NCBI GenBank assembly: GCA_019057375.1
Contig: DXJF01000114.1
Coordinates: forward strand, 44,632-108,631
DNA: 64,000 bases
Reading direction: 5' to 3'
Source: Candidatus Heimdallarchaeota archaeon
Lineage (GTDB): Archaea > Asgardarchaeota > Heimdallarchaeia > Heimdallarchaeales > Heimdallarchaeaceae
A program made the position numbers and the translations under genes. Positions 20,159-28,257 of this stretch are shown piece after piece; position 1 is the first letter of the stretch, and every line of letters starts with the position of its first letter. The notes beneath the pieces are model-generated. The model saw only the letters and a program-made list of their open reading frames with translations, searched no databases and was not told where the DNA came from.

Positions 20159-20281
20159 TTAGCGGAAAACCATTTGACCGTTATAAAATTCAAATTTCTT
20201 CTGCTCTGCTTTATTCTCTAAGGTATACTTCCAATCCTTCTCAACTTTCTCCATTCTTGCTTTAGTCTTATTTTCATTCAT
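20159..20281 (-). CDS. Unannotated 40-aa small protein (MNENKTKARMEKVEKDWKYTLENKAEQKKFEFYNGQMVFR)
   Basis: ATG preceded by AGGTGA at normal spacing; below the ORF-track length cutoff; protein-like composition. Confidence 0.55.
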   Translation of the reverse strand: MNENKTKARMEKVEKDWKYTLENKAEQKKFEFYNGQMVFR

Positions 20282-20522
20282 TATCTATCACCTATACTAC
20301 TCACTAATTCATCTAATTTCAGATGCTAGGCTCATGTCACCAGCAGTGACTTTCTCCCTGTATCCTACAAGTAAGCTAGATATAAAAACACCAAAAACAA
20401 ATTGCGAAGAACTGTTGAAAGTTATACTAGTATTTTCTTAATTCTAGAAATTGTCAAAGAACAAGCATTAAAAATCAAATGTTCCCATTTTTACCATCAA
20501 AAATAATTCTGAGCTGAAATCG

Positions 20523-21518
20523 ATGCCATACTTTTTACGAAAAATCTGGAATGACTCAATCTTTCAAGGTAAGAACAAAAAACGGAATTACTTTGAAGGA
20601 TGGTATTTCAAAATAATAAATTCTACAAAAGATGAGATTTATGCAATTATTCCTGGGATTTCCTATGATAATAATGGAAATGGAATAGCTTTTGTTCAAT
20701 TCTTTGATGGAATAAATGCAGAAACTACTTTCTTTGAATTCGATATCTCTGCGTTCAAGTTCTCAAAGAAGGAATTCGCTGTTGAAATCGGAGAAAACTA
20801 TTTTAGCTCTGAAAAGATTAAACTCAGTCTATCTTCAGAGGGAAAAAAAGTGGAAGGAGAGATTGGAATAGGAGAATTAGTACCTTGGTCTAAGAAGAAG
20901 TTATCTTTAGGTGTAATGGGTTGGTATAAGCTAGTTCCATTTATGGAATGCTATCACGGCGTTCTAGGTTTTGATCATTCTATTGAAGGAGAACTTTCAG
21001 TAGATGGAAAGAAAATCGATTTCACAAATGGCAAGGGGTATATGGAAAAAGATTATGGTAAAAGCTTTCCTCACTATTATATCTGGATGCAATCAAATAC
21101 TTTCGATAAAGAAGGTGTTTCTCTCATGGCTTCATATGCAAAAATACCTTGGTTAGGTAATTCTTTTGATGGCTATCTAGTAGGTTTTAGACACAATAAA
21201 GAACTATACAGATTTACAAATTATACTGGAGCAGAAGTTACCAAACTTCAACTAAAAGAAAAGGAGATTATACTTCATGTCACTGATAAGAAGTATAGGG
21301 TTGAAATAACGGCTTTTAAATCCAAAGCAGTTAATCTTCATTCTCCAATTGATGGTTCTATGGTCGGAAGAATTTTGGAAAGTAATACTTCTGAACTTAA
21401 AGTTCGTTTAATCAAGCTCAGTAAAAAAGAGGGAGAAAGTATACTTTTTGAGGGAACTGGCAAAAATGCAGGTCTAGACATAGGTGGAAGGGTTGAAGAA
21501 ATAAAGGAAATTCATTGA
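20523..21518 (+). CDS. Tocopherol cyclase family protein
   Basis: YFEGWYFKI, GVMGWY..VPFMECYHGV, GKGYMEKDYGKSFP. Confidence 0.8.
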   Translation: MPYFLRKIWNDSIFQGKNKKRNYFEGWYFKIINSTKDEIYAIIPGISYDNNGNGIAFVQFFDGINAETTFFEFDISAFKFSKKEFAVEIGENYFSSEKIKLSLSSEGKKVEGEIGIGELVPWSKKKLSLGVMGWYKLVPFMECYHGVLGFDHSIEGELSVDGKKIDFTNGKGYMEKDYGKSFPHYYIWMQSNTFDKEGVSLMASYAKIPWLGNSFDGYLVGFRHNKELYRFTNYTGAEVTKLQLKEKEIILHVTDKKYRVEITAFKSKAVNLHSPIDGSMVGRILESNTSELKVRLIKLSKKEGESILFEGTGKNAGLDIGGRVEEIKEIH

Positions 21519-21542
21519 AAACCTATCTTTTACCATAGAAAT

Positions 21543-22334
21543 CTAAATAGTTTTTATTGTATAGATAGCAGATAATGCTGCTAGCCAACTCGTTTTTGGG
21601 TTGGTTGGTGAAGGGTTGTTCTCGAAAAGGAAATTATATTTTCCAACTTCAGATTCAATTTCGATTGCATGAATGTTCTTTGAAATCGATGGATCAGCGA
21701 TTATTTCAACTAATGTTTTTTCAGGACCTAATGTTGAGAGAGCTAAGCGTGCAGCAACATTAATACTCCTTGGAAAATATGCAGCGGCTAGTTTAGCATT
21801 TCCTTTGAATATGACCACTGGTGAATGTTCGTTTAATTTGATGTTGTTTGATTCAATATAGCTGTTGTTCCTAAAGGCTCTGTTTGGTTTTCTAGTTTGG
21901 AGCTTAGCAGATTTTATGCCTACTAAGTTAATTGTTTCTACACTATCAAATCCACCAATAGCACCAGAGGGAAGAATAATGTTCTTTTTCTTTATTTCAG
22001 TTAATTTTTGGTATTTAGAAAATAAACCAGGGAAAGATACGAAAGCACCAATACTCATAGGAACGAAATATTTGCCACTTTTTATTATTTCATCAAATAC
22101 TTCAGCTACTACTTGTTGAACTGCACATTCTACAACAATATCACAATCTTGGAAATCAGTTACATGTTGCATTAGTCTGATTGAAGGATGTTTTTCAGCA
22201 ACATCTTTCATTTTTACATCGTCAATATCATATATAGCTTGGATGGTCAGATTTTCATTTGCTTCTTCACTTACAGCATTCAGAATAGTAGTTCCTATGT
22301 ATCCCAGTCCTATTAATCCTATCTTTTTTGTCAA
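21543..22334 (-). CDS. nadX: L-aspartate dehydrogenase
   Basis: GLIGLGYIG, VVECA, LPSGAIGG, FPRSINVAA, NPKTSWLAALS. Confidence 0.88.
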   Translation of the reverse strand: MTKKIGLIGLGYIGTTILNAVSEEANENLTIQAIYDIDDVKMKDVAEKHPSIRLMQHVTDFQDCDIVVECAVQQVVAEVFDEIIKSGKYFVPMSIGAFVSFPGLFSKYQKLTEIKKKNIILPSGAIGGFDSVETINLVGIKSAKLQTRKPNRAFRNNSYIESNNIKLNEHSPVVIFKGNAKLAAAYFPRSINVAARLALSTLGPEKTLVEIIADPSISKNIHAIEIESEVGKYNFLFENNPSPTNPKTSWLAALSAIYTIKTI

Positions 22335-22353
22335 TGAATCATGCTCCTGAACA

Positions 22354-23337
22354 TTATCTAATACTCTCGTAATCAGCTACCCAGTCAGATACTTCGTCTA
22401 ATCTCTTTATTTCGTCTTCATCTAGTTTAACTTCTAAAGAAGCAACATTTTCTTCTAATTGCTCAACTGAATTAGCACCGATAATTGGGGCTGTTATGAA
22501 GTCCTTTGCTAGTATCCAAGCAATTGCAACTTGTGTCATCTTAACTTCCTTGCTCTTAGCAATTTCCTTTACTGTGTCATGTATTTTCCATCTCTTTTCA
22601 GTAAAGTATCTCTTCTGTGCCCCTTCACTTCTTGGAGTATCTGGAAGAGGACCATCAGAAGAATACCTGTCTGTTAGGAAACCACCAGCTAGAGGACTAT
22701 AAGGAATGATACCAAGGCCAAATTTCTTGATTACATGTTCCATTTGATGTTCAACAAGCATTCTTCTGACAATACTGTAGGGTGGTTGAACTGTTTCAAA
22801 ACGAGCATATCCATTCTTTTCACTTACCCAGAAGGATTCTACCAACATCCAAGGATGTATATTTGATGCCCCTATGTAGTTTATTATTCCTTTTTCTACA
22901 AGTAGATTCATTGCATGTAATGTTTCTTCAATAGGTGTGTCATTATCAAAACTATGAATCTGATAAAGGTCAATCCAATCAGTTTGCAATCTCTTAAGAC
23001 TATTAGTAATTGCTTGATGTACGTGTCTTCGTGATAATCCTCGATCATTAATATCGTCAGACATGGCACCTCGAAGTTTAGTTGCAAGAATTAAATCATC
23101 TCTTGTACTCCTATCATTTAACCATCTTCCAATTATTTCTTCAGTTTTACCTGCATGGCTGTTTTCAGCCCAGTAACTGTAAACATCTGCAGTATCAAAA
23201 CAATTGATACCTAATTCTAGAGCCCTATCCATTATCTTAAATGACTCTTCTTCGTCTACTCTCCATCCCATTTGCATAGTTCCAAGAACAATTGGTGATA
23301 TCTTTACACCTGTTGTTCCCAATCTTCTGTATTCCAT
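22354..23337 (-). CDS. Aldo/keto reductase
   Basis: LGTMQMG, FDTADVY, ATK, SLKRLQTDWIDLYQIH, IPYSPLAGG. Confidence 0.93.
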   Translation of the reverse strand: MEYRRLGTTGVKISPIVLGTMQMGWRVDEEESFKIMDRALELGINCFDTADVYSYWAENSHAGKTEEIIGRWLNDRSTRDDLILATKLRGAMSDDINDRGLSRRHVHQAITNSLKRLQTDWIDLYQIHSFDNDTPIEETLHAMNLLVEKGIINYIGASNIHPWMLVESFWVSEKNGYARFETVQPPYSIVRRMLVEHQMEHVIKKFGLGIIPYSPLAGGFLTDRYSSDGPLPDTPRSEGAQKRYFTEKRWKIHDTVKEIAKSKEVKMTQVAIAWILAKDFITAPIIGANSVEQLEENVASLEVKLDEDEIKRLDEVSDWVADYESIR

Positions 23338-23381
23338 AATGAAAGTTAATACAAGTTAGTTAAAAGAATTGTTTTTCTCTT

Positions 23382-23648
23382 TTAAATAGAGAATATTTTT
23401 TTAATTGTAACTAGAATCTTTGTTAGAAGAGTTTCTTGCTTTTCTCCTTTTACTGCTTCTTTTGCCCAGTAATCTTGTCTATTATGAACTAATCTGTGTT
23501 CACCTTTACAATGTGGGTGTAATGGCATTTTACATTTATTACATATTGCCCAAGTTGCACCACAAGTCTTTTTTCCCGAATCTAAAGATTTCCCACAATG
23601 TCCACATTTTCCCATTAATGGCATAGATGGATATGCAACAACATACAC
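23382..23648 (-). CDS. Small Cys/His-rich zinc-finger protein
   Basis: CxxC...C...CxxC...HxxCxxxHxxxH in 88 aa; in line with co-oriented neighbours. Confidence 0.6.
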   Translation of the reverse strand: MYVVAYPSMPLMGKCGHCGKSLDSGKKTCGATWAICNKCKMPLHPHCKGEHRLVHNRQDYWAKEAVKGEKQETLLTKILVTIKKIFSI

Positions 23649-23668
23649 TTATCAATATAACGCAAAGA

Positions 23669-24160
23669 TTAGAGGTTTATTATCACATCTTTTGCTCTCT
23701 TTCCGCTCATGTATTCAATATCGATTTTTCCTATAGTAACTCTAGTAATAGATTTCTCTGTTAATTGTGCCTTTTCAACTTCTTCTGGTTTATTATCTAG
23801 TTTTCTTATCACGGCTTGTAAAGCAGTTTTCTTCTCCTCAAAATCTTCAATGAATGTAACTTTTCCTTTGAATTGAGTTGTAGCATAAAGATGATCACAA
23901 GAACCTTGAACGTAACCTTCATCCATAAGCGCTTGCCCCCAGATAATGTTGTTTTTCTTAAGAATATCAATTTTCTTCCCCTCGCCAGCACAATGGAAGT
24001 AAATACGATGTTGCTCAGAATCATAAACATGACTTAAGGTTACTAAATAGGGAACATTGTCTTCACACATAGCAATAGTTATGTGCTTAACTGTTTGGAG
24101 AATATATTTCATCTCTTCAATACTTTCTATTGCTTTTTCTTTACGTCTCATACCTCTCAT
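23669..24160 (-). CDS. Pyridoxamine 5'-phosphate oxidase-like (NimA family) flavin-binding protein
   Basis: MRRKEK, PYLVTL, IYFHCAGEGKKIDIL. Confidence 0.85.
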   Translation of the reverse strand: MRGMRRKEKAIESIEEMKYILQTVKHITIAMCEDNVPYLVTLSHVYDSEQHRIYFHCAGEGKKIDILKKNNIIWGQALMDEGYVQGSCDHLYATTQFKGKVTFIEDFEEKKTALQAVIRKLDNKPEEVEKAQLTEKSITRVTIGKIDIEYMSGKRAKDVIINL

Positions 24161-24224
24161 TTGAATGTCACTTGAAGAAAAAAATCTTCATACGTTATAT
24201 CTTTTTGGTATAGGAGAAGAGAGT

Positions 24225-24300
24225 GAAGCTAGCGGAGAAATGCAGGGGGTGGAAGCAATGCGGAGGTGGAAGTCACCAGGCAGATATATTAGCTAGCTTC
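24225..24300. repeat. Dispersed inverted-repeat element, copy 2 (GAAGCTAGC-N58-GCTAGCTTC)
   Basis: Perfect 9-bp arms at 24225-24233 and 24292-24300; shares AGCTAGCTTCAGAA with copy 1. Confidence 0.6.
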
Positions 24301-24384
24301 AGAATAAATACTTGTTTTATGCTTAAAAACCTAAAAGGAAGAATTACTAATTAAAGGCAAGGAGTAACTAAAAGAAAGAAAAAT

Positions 24385-24492
24385 TGGAGCCCAGAGCGTG
24401 ATTTTCAATGCTCAGAACGCATCTGAAACAGTTCTTGAACACGCGACAACTGGATCTTCAGTCCAGCGCTCTCCCAGCTAAGCTATCTGGGC
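24385..24492 (-). tRNA. tRNA-Phe(GAA) with a 32-nt intron in the T-loop (59/60; intron 24402-24433)
   Basis: Acceptor GCCCAGA/TCTGGGC, anticodon arm CTGGA-CTGAAGA-TCCAG. The T arm forms a BHB: TTCA/TGAA central helix with bulges AGA and AAT. Splicing restores a 76-nt tRNA. Confidence 0.93.
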
Positions 24493-24939
24493 ATCCATGT
24501 CTTAACCTTTTTCTTCTTCTTTCCAATAAAAGTTTTTTGATAAAGAGAAGAAAGTAGATTTGGCAGTAGTGAAGGAATTTTTTGAATTGAAGTTCTTGTA
24601 AGATGTTTTGTATATGATTCAGCTGTATCTACATCATATCATCAATATTTTATTTAAACTCATAAATAATCTAAAAAAGTTCTAGTTGCAAACCTAAATG
24701 AAATCATCTAACCCCGCTTGTTTCTTGGTTCTCTTGTTTGTTTCATATTTGCGAGATTAATTTTCTCTTTGTAAAGTGTGCTGTCCACTTTTTACACTAT
24801 TATCGTCAGAAAAGTGGGAAAAACAAGAGCCTACCGATTTCAAACAAGTTTGTAGATTATTAAAAGTCGGTAATGTTTAATTGTGAAGTTTAATCCCTCA
24901 ATATAAAAATATGTTTTAAAATCTCAGCTGAAGTAAAAT

Positions 24940-25569
24940 TTAATCTAAAGGCGTGTTCTTATACACTTTTCGATATTTTATCTTTTGATACTTGCTCCTA
25001 ATAAACCAAATTCCCCTTTTTATAACGCCTAAAAATGTATCTTCTTCAATGTTATAGATTAGTAGTTTCCATCTTTGATCAGTACGTTTTCCCCCAAATA
25101 ACAGTAAGATATTTCTTTCTTTGTCTTTATATCCTAAATAACTTCCAAATATTGCTAATGTTCCTTCTTCCCAATTTTCAACTTCTTTAACTAAATCAAA
25201 TACAAAAGCCTTTGAGTGATTTTGACCTGAATCTAAGGGAAATTCATAGTTTATCAAAGCTGGAACCAATGTTTGAGCTACATCCTTCTTCCTTTTTGAA
25301 TAATAAGGATGAACATTTATTACAAGAGACAAATCCATTACAGTACTTATCTCTCCTGAATTTCTAAAGAGAAGTTTAATCCTACAACCTGGAGGTTTAT
25401 TTTCTCTAATTATGTACGGTTGTTCAACTCTAACTTTTGATATGTAAATACGCGGTTGAGGTTGTGTTCTTCTTCTAGCATATAGGTAGTTCAACAATGC
25501 AAAAGATGTAGTTATTATTAGTGCTGCTATTGCTATTGACTCAGATCTCAACCATACCATATTTATCAA
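24940..25569 (-). CDS. Hypothetical protein with an N-terminal TM anchor and a beta-sandwich-like domain
   Basis: Hydrophobic N-terminus, then LFRNSGEIST; same architecture as 33166-33783. Confidence 0.65.
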   Translation of the reverse strand: MINMVWLRSESIAIAALIITTSFALLNYLYARRRTQPQPRIYISKVRVEQPYIIRENKPPGCRIKLLFRNSGEISTVMDLSLVINVHPYYSKRKKDVAQTLVPALINYEFPLDSGQNHSKAFVFDLVKEVENWEEGTLAIFGSYLGYKDKERNILLLFGGKRTDQRWKLLIYNIEEDTFLGVIKRGIWFIRSKYQKIKYRKVYKNTPLD

Positions 25570-25618
25570 ATATCTAGTTATTAATTTCTTATTTAATCTT
25601 TTTCAGTACTTCTCATGG

Positions 25619-26455
25619 TTATTTTTTCTCAAAAAACTCACTTAGGACTTTTCTTAATCTTTTTTCTACTTCATCACCTATTAATTTTGCTTGCTTTTTC
25701 TCATATTTGTATTCATCAATTTCTTTTTCTTCAGTCGAACTAGTTGGAGAAATTGATGAATATCTTCCTTCCTCTAAACTCCTATAATACTTGATTTCTT
25801 CTTTTAAACGATTGGAAAGCTCTATTTGTTCAGGTATTTCTTCTATTGCACCTAAGGTCTTTTCTTCATTAAATTTTGAACAATATTCTGATTCAAACTG
25901 AAATTTCCTTCTTGTATGGTCTTCTATTTCTTTCCTATCGAATATCAAATGTCTACAATCTTCAGATAGAACTGCTATTCCATTTCCTATGCAGAAATCA
26001 ACTCTCCTACTTGCTTCTGAAATATCTTTTTCTTCTGATTGAATCAGAGGTATTGCCCAATTTATCAATCCAATAATGCTTTCTTTATCAGCAATAATGT
26101 TATCATAATATGGGTCATTACGAGTATAGTAAGATTCACCTAAATCTAGATTATGTTTACAAATTCCTTTACACTCACTAAAAAAGGGACAAAAGATTGT
26201 CTTAAGTGCTTCTCGGTTTAACTTTGTTATTTCTTTATCATTCATCCAAATCTTAGTGGATTTCCAAGTACCTATGATATCAATAAGTTGTTTCAAATCA
26301 TTACTTGCTTCTGAAAAATAGATATTGTAAAAATTTTCATCTTCGGTAGAATCATTATCTTCAATAATCTTGAGTGCATCAGGATAAGAATCGCTTCTAG
26401 ATACTTTTGTAATTCTTAATTTTATTCCTTTATTATTTGTTTTTTCTGTTTCCAT
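25619..26455 (-). CDS. Hypothetical protein
   Basis: 278-aa ORF with a small Cys cluster (CPFFSECKGIC); no family recognised. Confidence 0.7.
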   Translation of the reverse strand: METEKTNNKGIKLRITKVSRSDSYPDALKIIEDNDSTEDENFYNIYFSEASNDLKQLIDIIGTWKSTKIWMNDKEITKLNREALKTIFCPFFSECKGICKHNLDLGESYYTRNDPYYDNIIADKESIIGLINWAIPLIQSEEKDISEASRRVDFCIGNGIAVLSEDCRHLIFDRKEIEDHTRRKFQFESEYCSKFNEEKTLGAIEEIPEQIELSNRLKEEIKYYRSLEEGRYSSISPTSSTEEKEIDEYKYEKKQAKLIGDEVEKRLRKVLSEFFEKK

Positions 26456-26587
26456 TCTATCACTAACTATATTTTCTTGGTCTTTTTATACTTTCTTTCT
26501 TCTCTCCTTACTGAAACTCTGTCTAGATGGGTCCTTCCAGCACTATTTCTACATAGATTTTTATAATTTGCTTCTATATGACATCTA

Positions 26588-27130
26588 ATGAATAAGGAAT
26601 ATGTTCTTGGTCTATTGCGAACAACTTTGAACAACTATGTAGTAGGCTGTCTTTCGGGATATTTTATCACGCATATAGATCCCTTCAATCTTACAGAAAC
26701 TATTGAGATGAGAAACCAAAATGCTCCAGAAGTATTTATTATACTTGATCTAAAACCAATAAAAGAATTGTTACAATTTCCTGATAAGAGAAGTAAATTA
26801 CTTAATGAACACATGAAATCTATACTCAGAAGTTTCGTTAAGGATATGTTTGAAATTGTTAAACTTTATACTAAAGAGACTAAACAATTTAATAAAATGA
26901 AGAAAGCTAATTGGTACGATTTTGTTCGTATCATTAGAAATTGCTTAGCCCATGATTTCAAATTAAGATTCAACAATCATGATAAGAAAACGCTTCCTGT
27001 TAAATGGCGGGATAAGGAAATTACTTTAACAATAAACAACCAACTATTAAATGTACAAATCTTGAATGAAGCTAATGCAATTGAGCTTTATAGTGAAATA
27101 TTTGCATATGTGGAAACTGAATTGAGCTAA
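26588..27130 (+). CDS. Putative HEPN-domain protein
   Basis: FVRIIRNCLAHD contains RxxxxH in a helical context. Confidence 0.55.
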   Translation: MNKEYVLGLLRTTLNNYVVGCLSGYFITHIDPFNLTETIEMRNQNAPEVFIILDLKPIKELLQFPDKRSKLLNEHMKSILRSFVKDMFEIVKLYTKETKQFNKMKKANWYDFVRIIRNCLAHDFKLRFNNHDKKTLPVKWRDKEITLTINNQLLNVQILNEANAIELYSEIFAYVETELS

Positions 27131-27272
27131 TTTAATCTTTTTCAATAGATTATTTCGTCTTATCTTAGTAAAACACTGACACCGAATTCTTTGTTCAAGA
27201 CTATTATAACAAGATTTATCTATTTATTTCATATTTTTTTAATTTAATTAAGAAATATGATGCTGAATATCT

Positions 27273-28097
27273 ATGACTGGAGAAACAATGGATGATATGA
27301 ATATAAATCAATTTGAGAAAGATACCTTACTTTTCCTCATTCAAGATGTTCTTGATGCTTTAGATGATTTGGAGGACTTAGAAGATGATGAGGTTTTTCA
27401 AGTAATTTACAGAAAAAAAGACCTTTCCTCAGAACAGTTTTATAGAATGCTGAAACTCATTGAGTTTTGTCAAGATAGCATATCTCCTTTCCCATTTTTC
27501 AGTAGAAAAGAAACTGAAGAAAATGGAATCAGAACAATTAGAATTAGATCTTCAGATGAGACAGGTATTTTTCATACATGTTACCTTGAATTTATTTTCA
27601 TAATTGGTGATGATTATGTTATTATCCCAGAAACCTGCGGTTGTAGAAAAGAGAATTTTGATTATACTCTTCCTTCTGTATTGTCCTTAGATATGTATAA
27701 GATTTGGTTATGTATTAGTTTACATGAAAACACAACAATTGAATTCAAAGATAGGGTTAATTCTCTTCTCAAAATGTATGTTCAAAGCAACTTCGTTGAA
27801 GCTTGGACACATATAGGTTTTATAGCTGAAACTCTGACAAAAGAGATTTATCTTAAATCCTACCCTAATAAAACTCTCACAGATACAAATAACATTAAAT
27901 GGAATAGTCTTCTCAAACAACTTGCAAATGATAAGAACCTTGCTGATATTGAACATTATGCACTTCTTTTAGATTCTCTCAGACCAATTAGAAATGATGT
28001 AATTCACAACGATTACAAACCAACATCTGAAGATACAGAATTAGGACTTCTAAGCTTAGATCGATTATTCAAGTTTTATGTGCAGAAATACAAATAA
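27273..28097 (+). CDS. Protein with a C-terminal HEPN/DUF4145-like domain
   Basis: AETLTKEIY...LRPIRNDVIHNDYKPTSEDTEL; N-terminal CGC...C possible metal site. Confidence 0.6.
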   Translation: MTGETMDDMNINQFEKDTLLFLIQDVLDALDDLEDLEDDEVFQVIYRKKDLSSEQFYRMLKLIEFCQDSISPFPFFSRKETEENGIRTIRIRSSDETGIFHTCYLEFIFIIGDDYVIIPETCGCRKENFDYTLPSVLSLDMYKIWLCISLHENTTIEFKDRVNSLLKMYVQSNFVEAWTHIGFIAETLTKEIYLKSYPNKTLTDTNNIKWNSLLKQLANDKNLADIEHYALLLDSLRPIRNDVIHNDYKPTSEDTELGLLSLDRLFKFYVQKYK

Positions 28098-28257
28098 TAA
28101 TCCTCTTCTCTACTACTATGTTGATATTGGGTGTTCTCCATTTGTCACTTTTTAGCTTCTTAATTTTTTGAGTCCTGTACCTATTAACTTTTGCTCGTGA
28201 TGTGTTTTTATATGGTTTTTTAGTTGAATTGGTGAGTATAACCACTATTACTTCAAA

